The notes under the pieces: generated by a model | What the model saw: only the letters and a program-made list of their open reading frames with translations | The model's database searches: none | Told to the model about the DNA's origin: nothing | Shown here: positions 28,856-38,363 of the stretch, piece after piece | Position numbering within the stretch: position 1 is the first letter of the stretch | Layout: each line of letters opens with the position of its first letter | Position numbers and translations under genes: made by a program | Assembly: GCA_026004495.1 (NCBI GenBank) | Contig: BPJG01000001.1 | Location: forward strand, 350,858-414,857 | Length of the DNA: 64,000 nucleotides | Direction of reading: 5' to 3' | Origin: Candidatus Parcubacteria bacterium | GTDB lineage: Bacteria > Patescibacteriota > Minisyncoccia > UBA6257 > HR35

Positions 28856-30025
28856 ATGATTAATATTAAACAATTCCAAAATTTCATAGATGAAATAAGC
28901 GAAGAAAAAGATTTAAGCGAAGATGATGTTAAGGAGGCTATTTTAACTGCTTTAGCTGCTGCCTATAAAAAAGATTATTGTAATAAAGAAGAGAAAGTAG
29001 AAAGCAAATTAGATCCAACTGGAAGATGGGTTGAATTTTATTTAGTTAAAACTGTTATTGATGATAATCCCCCTCAGTTTAATAATTATAAAAATATTAA
29101 GATTTCTGAAGCTATTAAAATAAATCCCTCGATTAAAGTTGGTGATGAAATTAGAATTCCTTTAGAGATAAAAGAAAATTTTAGTCGAGTAGCAACTCAA
29201 ACTGCCAAACAAGTTATTATTCAAAAACTAAGAGAAATAAATAAAGAAAAAACCTATGAAGAATTTAAAAATAAAGAAGGAAAAATAGTTTCTGGTGCTA
29301 TTCAAAAAGTAGATCCTAATATTATTTATGTTGATTTAGGCAAGACTATTGGTTATATGTTTAAAAATGAGACTATACCTGGAGAGTTTTATCGAATTGG
29401 TAATAGGATGAGGTTTTATGTTTATGCAGTTGAAAAAACATCAAAGGGCGTAGAAATTTATCTTTCACGTTCTCACCCTCTATTTCTTAACTCACTTTTT
29501 ACCTTCGAAATTTCCGAAATATCTGAAGGCCAGATAGAAATTAAAAATGTTGTAAGGTTACCAGGAATAAGATCAAAAATTGCAGTTAAATCAAAAGTTA
29601 ACAATTTAGACCCAGTAGGAACATGTATTGGCCCTAAGGGTGCTAGAGTTTTAAATATCTCTAATGAACTTAATGGAGAAAAAATTGATATTATTCTTTA
29701 TTCAGATGACCCTGTTCAATATGTCATTAATGCTCTTTCTCCCGCTAAAATTATCAGTTCAGAGATATTACCTCAAAGGACTATTAAAGTTTATGTTAGC
29801 GAAGATCAATTACCAATTGTTTTGGGTCGTAATGGTATTAATATTAAATTAGCATCAAAATTAACAGGCTGGAAAATTGATGTTCGCTTAATCGAAGAAC
29901 CAGAAAGAGAAATTGAAGGTGGAGTTGTTGATGCAGAAAGTGATGAAAATATTAAAACTTTTGATGATGATAATAAAATTGAGGATAACAAATTAGAAAA
30001 TTTAAATGAAAGGGGTCAAAATTAA
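28856..30025 (+). CDS. nusA: Transcription termination/antitermination factor NusA
   Basis: Contains the NusA N-domain, an S1 domain and two KH domains (GPKGARVLNISNELNGEKIDII; VLGRNGINIKLASKLTGWKIDV). Confidence 0.85.
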   Translation: MINIKQFQNFIDEISEEKDLSEDDVKEAILTALAAAYKKDYCNKEEKVESKLDPTGRWVEFYLVKTVIDDNPPQFNNYKNIKISEAIKINPSIKVGDEIRIPLEIKENFSRVATQTAKQVIIQKLREINKEKTYEEFKNKEGKIVSGAIQKVDPNIIYVDLGKTIGYMFKNETIPGEFYRIGNRMRFYVYAVEKTSKGVEIYLSRSHPLFLNSLFTFEISEISEGQIEIKNVVRLPGIRSKIAVKSKVNNLDPVGTCIGPKGARVLNISNELNGEKIDIILYSDDPVQYVINALSPAKIISSEILPQRTIKVYVSEDQLPIVLGRNGINIKLASKLTGWKIDVRLIEEPEREIEGGVVDAESDENIKTFDDDNKIEDNKLENLNERGQN

Positions 30026-30040
30026 TTTTAATTTAAAAAT

Positions 30041-30520
30041 ATGGAGTTAGAAGTTTTTATAGAAATTTCAAAAAATAGTTCCGTTAAATACGAATTTGAT
30101 AAAGAAAAAAATATATTGAAAGTAGATAGATTTTTGTATACTGCAATGTTTTTTCCTTTCAATTATGGTTTTATTGTTGATACCCAGGGAGAAGATGGAG
30201 ACCCTGTTGATGCTTTAATTTTATCTGAATTTTCAATTTTACCCGGAAGTTTAATTAAATGTCAACCAATCGGAGGTTTAGAGATGGAAGATGAGTCAGG
30301 TAATGATGAAAAAATAATTGTTGTCCCCTTAGATAAAATTGATCCATTTTGGTCTAAATATAAAAGTATTAATCAATTAGAAGAAAGTTATAAAAATAAA
30401 ATTAGACATTTCTTTGAAAATTATAAAACTCTTGAACCTAATAAATGGGTAAAGATAAATAATTGGTTTGATTATGATAAAGCTGTTGAAATTATTAAAA
30501 AATCTCTTATTAAAAAATGA
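30041..30520 (+). CDS. ppa: Inorganic pyrophosphatase (family I)
   Basis: 159 aa with the family I signature DGDPVDALIL and conserved acidic residues. Confidence 0.85.
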   Translation: MELEVFIEISKNSSVKYEFDKEKNILKVDRFLYTAMFFPFNYGFIVDTQGEDGDPVDALILSEFSILPGSLIKCQPIGGLEMEDESGNDEKIIVVPLDKIDPFWSKYKSINQLEESYKNKIRHFFENYKTLEPNKWVKINNWFDYDKAVEIIKKSLIKK

Positions 30521-33500
30521 TTAATTTTCATAAAATTGAAGAAAAAATATTGAAATTTTGGAAAGCTCATAATATTTTCGAGAAAAGTGTTGAGGCTAAT
30601 AAAATGAATAAACCATTTGTTTTTTTAGATGGGCCTCCATTTGCTAATAATAAACCTCATATAGGACATTTTTTAACTAGAATTTATAAAGATATAATTT
30701 TGAGGTTTAAAACAATGACTGGTTATTATGTTGAAAGAAGGGCAGGTTGGGATACCCATGGTTTACCAATAGAAATTGCTACTGAAAAATCCTTAGGTTT
30801 TTCTAGTAAAAAAGAAATTTTAAGTTATGGTATTGAAAAATTTAATCAAAAATGTAAAGAATTGGTTATGAAATATAAAGATCAGTGGGAGTATTTTGAT
30901 GAAATAAGTGGTTTTTGGATAGATCATCAAAGAGCTTATATTACTTATGATCCTTATTATATGGAAAGTTGTTGGTGGATAATTAAAAAAATATATGATC
31001 AAGGATTTTTAAAAGAAGAATATAAAGTTTTTCCCTATTGTCCCAGATGTGAAACTGTTCTTTCTCAAGCTGAAGTTGGTCAAGTAGATGCTTATAAAAA
31101 AATTAAAGATCCTGATTTATATGTTAAATTTAAATTAAAAAACAGACAAAATGAATATTTTTTGGTTTGGACCACTACTCCATGGACTTTAATTTCTAAT
31201 TTAGCTTTAGCAATTAATCCAGAATTTGATTATAGTTTATACGAAATCGAAGATAAAAAATATTGGGCAATAGAAGGAATTGAAAAAAAACTTGAATTAA
31301 TGTCTAAAAAAAATATAAGACTAATAACGACCACAAAGGGAGAGAACCTTATTGGCTTAGAATATGAACCACTCTTTAAGTTGGTAAAATTAGAAAATTA
31401 CGATAATTGCTATAAGGTTTATCCAGCTGATTTTATTAGTAAAGAAGAAGGAACAGGAATTGTTCATATAGCCCCAGCATTTGGTGAAGAAGATTTTGAA
31501 TTAGGTAAAAAATATAATTTACCCATATTTAATCCTATTGATACTAATGGACGATTTAACTCAGATGAACCTCAGCCAATTATTGATGATATCAATAATC
31601 TTTTCTTTAAAGAAGCTAACTCATTAATTATTAATTATTTGAATAATCTAAATCTAATTTTTTACTATGATTTAGAAGGATATGAACATGATTATCCTCA
31701 TTGTTGGCGTTGTAAGGAGCCATTAATTTATTATAGTACTAAAAATTGGGTGATTAAAGTATCAAAGTTTAATAAAAGATTAATAGAATTAAATAAAAAA
31801 ATTAATTGGGTATCTCCAGAAATAAGTAATCGTTTTTTTGAATGGTTAAAAGAAGGGAAAGATTGGAATTTATCTCGTAATCGTTTCTGGGGAATACCCT
31901 TGCCTATTTGGAGATGTGAAACTTGCGGTTCTATAGAGGTTATTTCAAGTTTAAAAGAATTGGGAAATAAATTCAAATCTAAAAATAATTATTATTTTTT
32001 AAGGCACGCTGAAGCATATAGTAACCTCAAGGGTATATTATCTTCTTATCCTGAATTATTTTTCAATCCCCTAACTTACAAGGGCATTAAGCAAGTAAAC
32101 TCTCTTGTTAATAAAATAAAAAATTTAAATATTGATTTGATAATAACTTCTCCACTTTTAAGAGCTAAACAAACAGCAGAAATAATTGCTCGAAAATTAA
32201 ATTTGCCTGTTTTGATTAATTTTGACTTAAGAGAAATTGATTTTGGAAATTTTAATGGTAAATCAGAAAAAGAATATCAAAATTTAATTAAAGATCAATT
32301 TCAAGAATATTTTGTTAAACCTACAGATGGAGAAAATTTAATTGAAGTTAAAAGAAGAATGATTAAAGTTATTTTAGATTTAGAAGAAAGATATGATAAT
32401 AAGAATTTTTTGATAATTTCCCATCAAGATCCCCTTTGGACCCTATTTGGAGAAATGCAAGGATTATCTATTGAACAAACTATTAATACTAAAGAATTTA
32501 TTCTTAAATTAGGTGATCTTAAAAAGGTAGAATTTTTAATTTTGCCTCGTGATGAAGAGGGAGAAATAAATATTCATCGACCCTATGTTGATAATTTTAT
32601 TTGGAAATGCAAGTGTGGTGGTTTTAAAAAAAGAGTTGAAGATGTAATTGATATTTGGTTTGATTCTGGCAGTGCGACCTTTTCTTCTGTCCATTATCCC
32701 TTTGAAAATAAAAAAGAAATTGACGAAGGGAAAAAATTCCCAGTAGATTTTATTGTTGAAGGCGTTGATCAAACCCGTGGATGGTTTTATACTCTATTAA
32801 CTGTAGGTTACTTAGTAAAAAAAGAAATATCTTATCGTAATGTAGTTTCATTAGGTTTAGTTTTAGATAAGAATGGAAGGAAAATGTCTAAATCTTTAGG
32901 TAATACTATTGATCCATTTGAGGCAATCGAAAACTGGGGTAGTGATCTTTTAAGATTTTATTTTTGTTATGTTAATGAATCGGCTGATAATAAAAAATTT
33001 GACGAGAAGTCATTATCCAGCTTAAGAAATAATTATTTCAATATAATTTTAAATATCTTAAATTTTTATCGAATGTATAATGATCCAAATAAAATAAGAA
33101 TTACAAAAAGCAATTATTTATTAGATAAATGGTTTGATATAAGGTTTAGGTTAGCTTACTATAATATTTTTAATTATTTAGATAATTATAATCTTAATAA
33201 AGCAAGCAGAGAGCTTGTTGATTTAGTTGATGATTTCTCTCGTTGGTGGCTAAGAAGAAGTAGAAATAGGTTTCAAAGGCCAAAGAATAAACTTGAAAAA
33301 AATATTGCTCTCTCTAAATTAGAAGATTATCTTTTAAATTTAGCAATTATTTCTGCGCCCCTTAATCCTTTTTTTAGTGAATATCTTTATCAAGAAATGA
33401 AAAATGAAATTAAAGATAAAAGAAAGGGTAAATTAAGTGTTCATTTAGAAAAATTAAATCTACCTCAAAAAATTTCAACTAAAGAATATGAAATTTTAGA

Positions 33501-34011
33501 GAAAATGAAAGAAATAAGAGAAATTACTTCAATAATTTTGATGATGAGAAAATCAAATAACCTTAAAATAAGACAACCCCTTAATGATGTTTATATAGCC
33601 AAAAAAATACCTGTAGAATTTTTAGATATTATTAAAGAAGAAGTTAATGTTAAAAATATTTATCTTGGAGAACCACATAATAAAGAAAATTATTTGATAA
33701 CAGATAAACCAGTAAATATTTATTTAAACAAATTAATAACACCTCAACTTAAAGAGGAGGGTATAACTAATGATTTTATTAGATATTTGCAGGATTTAAG
33801 ACAAGACTTAGGATTAATACCAGCTAAAAAAGTGAACGTCCATTTGATTATTAATAACAATAATTTAAAAAAAATAATTTTTCGAAATATCAATAAAATC
33901 CAAAGAGAAACTAACACTAAAATATTTTTTAATAAATCCAAAAAATTTAAATTAGAAAGGGATTTTAATTATGATAATTTTGGTAAGGTAATTATTTTTG
34001 TTGATTTTTGA
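30517..34011 (+). CDS. ileS: Isoleucyl-tRNA synthetase (type 2-like) carrying an inserted histidine-phosphatase domain
   Basis: HIGH motif (PPFANNKPHIGH), an IleS-like N-terminal core (WDTHGLPIE), a CP1/editing region, the WRCETCGS zinc-binding segment, WFDSGS, and KMSKS (GRKMSKSLGN). Between the zinc-binding segment and WFDSGS lies a block of about 190 aa with phosphoglycerate-mutase-family motifs. Confidence 0.85.
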   Translation: MINFHKIEEKILKFWKAHNIFEKSVEANKMNKPFVFLDGPPFANNKPHIGHFLTRIYKDIILRFKTMTGYYVERRAGWDTHGLPIEIATEKSLGFSSKKEILSYGIEKFNQKCKELVMKYKDQWEYFDEISGFWIDHQRAYITYDPYYMESCWWIIKKIYDQGFLKEEYKVFPYCPRCETVLSQAEVGQVDAYKKIKDPDLYVKFKLKNRQNEYFLVWTTTPWTLISNLALAINPEFDYSLYEIEDKKYWAIEGIEKKLELMSKKNIRLITTTKGENLIGLEYEPLFKLVKLENYDNCYKVYPADFISKEEGTGIVHIAPAFGEEDFELGKKYNLPIFNPIDTNGRFNSDEPQPIIDDINNLFFKEANSLIINYLNNLNLIFYYDLEGYEHDYPHCWRCKEPLIYYSTKNWVIKVSKFNKRLIELNKKINWVSPEISNRFFEWLKEGKDWNLSRNRFWGIPLPIWRCETCGSIEVISSLKELGNKFKSKNNYYFLRHAEAYSNLKGILSSYPELFFNPLTYKGIKQVNSLVNKIKNLNIDLIITSPLLRAKQTAEIIARKLNLPVLINFDLREIDFGNFNGKSEKEYQNLIKDQFQEYFVKPTDGENLIEVKRRMIKVILDLEERYDNKNFLIISHQDPLWTLFGEMQGLSIEQTINTKEFILKLGDLKKVEFLILPRDEEGEINIHRPYVDNFIWKCKCGGFKKRVEDVIDIWFDSGSATFSSVHYPFENKKEIDEGKKFPVDFIVEGVDQTRGWFYTLLTVGYLVKKEISYRNVVSLGLVLDKNGRKMSKSLGNTIDPFEAIENWGSDLLRFYFCYVNESADNKKFDEKSLSSLRNNYFNIILNILNFYRMYNDPNKIRITKSNYLLDKWFDIRFRLAYYNIFNYLDNYNLNKASRELVDLVDDFSRWWLRRSRNRFQRPKNKLEKNIALSKLEDYLLNLAIISAPLNPFFSEYLYQEMKNEIKDKRKGKLSVHLEKLNLPQKISTKEYEILEKMKEIREITSIILMMRKSNNLKIRQPLNDVYIAKKIPVEFLDIIKEEVNVKNIYLGEPHNKENYLITDKPVNIYLNKLITPQLKEEGITNDFIRYLQDLRQDLGLIPAKKVNVHLIINNNNLKKIIFRNINKIQRETNTKIFFNKSKKFKLERDFNYDNFGKVIIFVDF
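31975..32545 (+). other. Embedded histidine phosphatase (PGAM/His_Phos_1-like) domain within IleS
   Basis: YFLRHAEA corresponds to the RHG catalytic His motif. LTYKGIKQ, IITSPLLRAKQTAEIIA (the SPLxRAxxTA motif) and LIISHQDPL (the second catalytic His) follow in the canonical order and spacing of branch-1 histidine phosphatases. The IleS sequence resumes in frame after it. Confidence 0.7.
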
Positions 34012-34012
34012 T

Positions 34013-35065
34013 TTAATTAATTAAATAAAACTTACCTTCTTTATTTTTAATAATTTTTTTAATTTCCATATGGGTAAGGATAACTAGTAAATCAGAAATA
34101 CTTAATTTTGTTTCTTTATTTATTTCTTCAATTGATTTAGCTCCTAATTTTAGGCATTCATAAATTAATTCTTCTTGAGGTGACAACTTAATATTAATTA
34201 ATTTATTTTTCAAGTCATAATTAAAATTAAATTCAGATAAAATATCATCTATTGAGGTAACTAATTTAGCTCCTTGTTTTATTAAGTTATGGCTTCCTTC
34301 AAAATTTTTATTTGTTATTTCTCCAGGAATAACAAATATTTCTTTACCAAATTTTAAGGAATAATTGGCAGTTATTAATGAACCTGAATTTATAGGTGCC
34401 TCTATAATTAAAACGCCATCGCTTAAGGCTGCAATAATTCTATTTCTTAGTGGAAAATGATATGGTAGAGCTGTTGTAAAAGGAGAAAACTCTGATATTA
34501 TTAGCCCATTATTTTCTAATATTTTTTTTATTAAATTTCCTTTATCAGATTTCAGAGCTATCCCAATTCCCTCACCTAAAACAGCAATTGTTTTGCCCTC
34601 ATTATTAAAAGTAGATTTGTGAGCAAAAGTATCAATTCCATAAGCTAAACCACTAATAATAGTAATTCCCAATTCAGATAATTGACTAGCAAATTTATTA
34701 GTTATTAATGTGCCATAATTTGATGGTTTTCTTGTTCCAACTATAGCTAATGACAGATTAGGGTTTTTAATTAAATCTATATTACCTAATAAATATAATC
34801 CTAAGGGTGGGTTATCAATATTTTTTAAACTATTAGGATATTCAGCATCTTTGAATTTTAAAATTTTTACTTTTAAATTTTCAAGTTCCCTTCTTTCTAA
34901 ATCTAAATTAATCCCCCCTATATTATTTTTATCTTCTAATAATTTAAAATATAAATCTTTAAAACTTTCCAATTTATGATATAATTTAAATATTCTTGGT
35001 TGGTAAGGTTTAAAATTTTTATTAATAAAATTAAAATATAAATCTTCTAAATTCAAATTTTCCAT
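34013..35065 (-). CDS. dprA: DNA processing protein DprA (Smf)
   Basis: DprA Rossmann-like domain (LAIVGTRKPSNYG...GLAYGIDTFAHKS...GKTIAVLGEGI) plus a C-terminal winged-helix-like tail. Confidence 0.8.
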   Translation of the reverse strand: MENLNLEDLYFNFINKNFKPYQPRIFKLYHKLESFKDLYFKLLEDKNNIGGINLDLERRELENLKVKILKFKDAEYPNSLKNIDNPPLGLYLLGNIDLIKNPNLSLAIVGTRKPSNYGTLITNKFASQLSELGITIISGLAYGIDTFAHKSTFNNEGKTIAVLGEGIGIALKSDKGNLIKKILENNGLIISEFSPFTTALPYHFPLRNRIIAALSDGVLIIEAPINSGSLITANYSLKFGKEIFVIPGEITNKNFEGSHNLIKQGAKLVTSIDDILSEFNFNYDLKNKLINIKLSPQEELIYECLKLGAKSIEEINKETKLSISDLLVILTHMEIKKIIKNKEGKFYLIN

Positions 35066-35129
35066 TAATTATTTTTTTAAATTTTAATTATACTATAAAG
35101 AAATTAAATTTTTATTTACTAATAAAATT

Positions 35130-37040
35130 ATGAGCTATAGGGCAGAAGATATTCAAGTTTTAGAAGGCATCGAAGCTGTCAGAAGAAGACCTGGAATGTA
35201 TATCGGAAGCACCGGTAAGGATGGATTACATCATTTGATTTATGAAATTGTTGCTAATGCTATTGATGAAAGTTTAGCCGGTTTTGCTAAAAATATAGAG
35301 GTTAAAATATTAAAAAATAATAGGGTTTTAGTTTCAGATGATGGTAGAGGTATACCAGTTGATATTCATCCTAAAACAAAAAAATCAGCATTGGAAACAG
35401 TTCTAACTTATTTACACGCAGGTGGAAAATTTTCTCAAAAAATTTATAAAGTCGCAGGTGGGCTTCATGGTGTTGGCTTATCAGTTGTTAATGCTTTAAG
35501 TAAGTATTTAAAAGTTATTGTTTTTCGAGATGGATATGAATGGTCACAAGAATACGAAAGAGGAGTACCAAGGTTTCCTTTAAAAAAAATTAGAGCTTCC
35601 CAAAAAACAGGAACAATAATAATTTTCGAACCTGATTCTAAAATATTTAATGAAATTGATTTCGATCGCCAGATTATTTTAGATTACTTAAGGCATCAAA
35701 ATTATTTAACTGGTGGTTTAAGAATTAATTTTTATGATGAAAGAGACAATTTTAGTTATGGTTTTTATAATGATGGTGGCCTTATAAGTTTTTTAAATCA
35801 TTTAATTAAATTTAAAAAATTAATTAACGAGCATCATATTTATCATAAAATAGTTGATGATAATAAAGAATTAGAGTTTTGTTTTAATTATGTTGAATTG
35901 CCAGAAACTCAAGAGTTAGCTTTTACTAATAATATTCTTAATCCCGAAGGAGGAACTCATATTGTAGGCTTTAGAAATGCTTTAGTTAGAGTCTTTAATG
36001 ATTTAGCTAAAGAAATTAATATTTTTAAGGGTAATAAAAATTTAATTACTGAAGACATCCGTGGGGGTTTATACTTAATTATTTCTATTAAAATACCCGA
36101 ACCTCAATTTGAAGGACAGACAAAATCAAAATTAGGTAATCCTGAAGTAAAAAATTTTGTTGAAAGTAGAGCTTATTCATTTTTAAAAGAATACTTTAGT
36201 AAAAATCCTCAAGAGTTAAAAAATATATTAAATAGATTATTAATTAACATTGAAGCTCGAGAAGCAGAAAAAACAGCTAAAGAAAGTATTTTTAAAAAAA
36301 GAATTTCAATTTCTTTGACTCTTTCTGGCAAATTAGCTGATTGCTCAAATAGAGATTTTTCAAAAAGAGAATTATTTATAGTTGAAGGTGATAGCGCTGG
36401 TGGTAGCGCTAAGCAAGCTCGTGATCGTACCCTTCAAGCAGTTTTACCCTTAAGAGGAAAAATTTTAAATGTTGAAAAATCAAACCTAGCAAAGATTTTA
36501 AAATCAAAAGAAATTAAAGATTTAATAATTGCCTTAGGAACTGGTGTGGGTAAAGATTTTAATCTTGAAAATCTAAGGTATTCAAAAATAATTATTGCAA
36601 CTGATGCTGATTCAGATGGTAATCATATTAGAACATTGTTGCTAACTTTATTTTATAGATTTTTTAAACCCCTTATTAATGGCGGTTATATTTATATAGC
36701 CCAACCACCTCTTTATAAAATTCAGATTGGCAAAGAAAAATTATATGCTTATAATGATAATCAAAAAGATAAAATTATTAGGGAAAAAATTAATAAAAAT
36801 AATTTAAATAATCGCCAGCGTTTAATTGAAGTTCAAAGATATAAAGGATTGGGAGAGATGAATCCCGAAGAATTATGGGAAACCACTCTTGATCCAAATA
36901 AAAGAATTCTAAAAAAAATTACAATCGAAGATGCAGAAAAGGCTGATCAATTTTTTTCTATTTTAATGGGTAACGAAGTCGAGCCAAGAAAAAAATTTAT
37001 CGAAATATATGCTAAAGAAGCTAACAACCTTGATATCTGA
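35130..37040 (+). CDS. gyrB: DNA gyrase subunit B (short form without the large insertion)
   Basis: GHKL ATPase N-terminus (VLEGIEAVRRRPGMYIGST...EIVANAIDE), Toprim domain (EGDSAGGSAKQ, DADSDGNHI) and C-terminal tail. Length is 636 aa. A ParE assignment cannot be excluded from sequence alone. Confidence 0.7.
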   Translation: MSYRAEDIQVLEGIEAVRRRPGMYIGSTGKDGLHHLIYEIVANAIDESLAGFAKNIEVKILKNNRVLVSDDGRGIPVDIHPKTKKSALETVLTYLHAGGKFSQKIYKVAGGLHGVGLSVVNALSKYLKVIVFRDGYEWSQEYERGVPRFPLKKIRASQKTGTIIIFEPDSKIFNEIDFDRQIILDYLRHQNYLTGGLRINFYDERDNFSYGFYNDGGLISFLNHLIKFKKLINEHHIYHKIVDDNKELEFCFNYVELPETQELAFTNNILNPEGGTHIVGFRNALVRVFNDLAKEINIFKGNKNLITEDIRGGLYLIISIKIPEPQFEGQTKSKLGNPEVKNFVESRAYSFLKEYFSKNPQELKNILNRLLINIEAREAEKTAKESIFKKRISISLTLSGKLADCSNRDFSKRELFIVEGDSAGGSAKQARDRTLQAVLPLRGKILNVEKSNLAKILKSKEIKDLIIALGTGVGKDFNLENLRYSKIIIATDADSDGNHIRTLLLTLFYRFFKPLINGGYIYIAQPPLYKIQIGKEKLYAYNDNQKDKIIREKINKNNLNNRQRLIEVQRYKGLGEMNPEELWETTLDPNKRILKKITIEDAEKADQFFSILMGNEVEPRKKFIEIYAKEANNLDI

Positions 37041-37572
37041 AAATCTATTTACATTTTTAGCTCTCTCTCTGACAACTCTATTTTTATATTTGACTTATTT
37101 AAATTATAATTTTTTAATTATTTTCTTATGTTTTTTAATTTTTTTTAATTTTTATTTTCTCAGAGGCTCAGATTTTATTTTTTTTACTTTAATTAGCCCT
37201 CTTGTATTTTATTTTCTATATATTTTATTCAAATTTAATCCACTAATAATTACATTTATTTGGATAGTTTATTATTCGTTTTTATTAAGAAATAATTTTA
37301 ATGCTTCATTAATTTTAACATTTTTAATTATTCTTCTTATTTATGGTTTATTAAATTATTTTAATTTCTTTTTTATTTTTTTAGTTTTTATTATATTTAG
37401 CTTTTTAATTTTCTTTTTTGTTTTTAAACAAAATTTTAATCAAGGTTTAATAAACACTTTAATTATTAGTGAATTTTTTTGGCTAATTTATTTTTTGCCT
37501 TATAATTATTACTTTGGATTAATTAGTTTATTTTTATTATTTTTATTTTTAGCTAAATTTAATTTTAAATAA
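37009..37572 (+). CDS. Phe/Leu-rich hydrophobic membrane protein (hypothetical)
   Basis: 187 aa of extreme low complexity overlapping the gyrB 3' end by 32 nt. It could be a genuine small membrane protein or a composition artefact of the AT-rich DNA. Confidence 0.3.
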   Translation: MLKKLTTLISENLFTFLALSLTTLFLYLTYLNYNFLIIFLCFLIFFNFYFLRGSDFIFFTLISPLVFYFLYILFKFNPLIITFIWIVYYSFLLRNNFNASLILTFLIILLIYGLLNYFNFFFIFLVFIIFSFLIFFFVFKQNFNQGLINTLIISEFFWLIYFLPYNYYFGLISLFLLFLFLAKFNFK

Positions 37573-37594
37573 TTATTTTGTTATAATATTTAAA

Positions 37595-37921
37595 ATGTTA
37601 AATATTTCAGAAATAAAAAATAATCTTTTAAAAGAAAGAGAAGAAATTATCTTTATTTTAGAAAGCTTAGAAAAGGAGATGAAAAATATTAAAGAAAGAC
37701 AAGAATATGAATTTTCTGATACCTCAGAAAGCTTTGAGGAAAAGCAAGATATTCATATAAAAAAAGAATTTTTAGAATCAAGATTAAATTTAATTAATAA
37801 AGCTCTAGAGAGAATTAATAATAATACCTTTGGCTTATGCTTAAAATGTGGTAAACCTATTGAAGAAATTAGATTAAAAATAGATCCCACTTTTGAATAT
37901 TGTCGCGAGCACTCAAATTAA
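37595..37921 (+). CDS. DksA/TraR-family C4 zinc-finger protein
   Basis: 108 aa with an N-terminal coiled-coil-like region and a C-terminal CLKCGKPIEEIRLKIDPTFEYCREH (CxxC-x17-CxxH-like) motif characteristic of TraR/DksA. Confidence 0.6.
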   Translation: MLNISEIKNNLLKEREEIIFILESLEKEMKNIKERQEYEFSDTSESFEEKQDIHIKKEFLESRLNLINKALERINNNTFGLCLKCGKPIEEIRLKIDPTFEYCREHSN

Positions 37922-37925
37922 TTTT

Positions 37926-38363
37926 TTATTTACTAAAATAAATAATTATTTTATCTACTCGGGGAGAAGAAAATTCATTACAACTAGCTAATAATATTTT
38001 ATATTTCAAATATCTTATTCCTTGATGGATTTTATTGTTTAAAGAATAAATTTGATAAGGATTAATATCTATATAATCATTAGAAAAATCAGGACCATAA
38101 AATATCCAAGGTCCACTACTTGAAATTGAACTAGCTATTTGAAAACCAACGAAATGATTGTTATCTCTTTCACCTTGCCAACTTATTTTTGTAAGATTGT
38201 AAGAATTTCCTAAATCAAAAATTGGAGATTCTAAATAACCAGACGAGATAGCATTATTTAAATTACAATTATTTTGAGAATCAACATAATTATAAATAGC
38301 CAAACTAATAACGAAAACTAAAAAAATCTTTAATTTTTTTAAACCAGTCATTTTTACTTTCAT
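37926..38363 (-). CDS. Small secreted hypothetical protein
   Basis: 145 aa with a signal peptide (KIFLVFVISLAIYNYVDSQN). It overlaps the ftsA 3' end. Confidence 0.4.
   Translation of the reverse strand: MKVKMTGLKKLKIFLVFVISLAIYNYVDSQNNCNLNNAISSGYLESPIFDLGNSYNLTKISWQGERDNNHFVGFQIASSISSSGPWIFYGPDFSNDYIDINPYQIYSLNNKIHQGIRYLKYKILLASCNEFSSPRVDKIIIYFSK

Noticed and set aside
29664-29991. Two short ORFs (29664-29852 plus, 29806-29991 minus) overlapping nusA
   Set aside because: They are alternative or antisense frames within the well-conserved NusA KH-domain region.
30820-33941. Four short minus-strand ORFs (30820-31002, 31731-31976, 32536-32772, 33744-33941) inside ileS
   Set aside because: They are embedded antisense in a well-supported 1164-aa synthetase gene and give low-complexity translations typical of AT-rich antisense frames.
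37009-37572. Considered rejecting the F/L-rich 187-aa ORF overlapping the gyrB end as a pure composition artefact
   Set aside because: It is kept as a low-confidence feature because the frame stays open for 564 nt in stop-codon-rich AT DNA and has TM-like periodicity. It could still be spurious.
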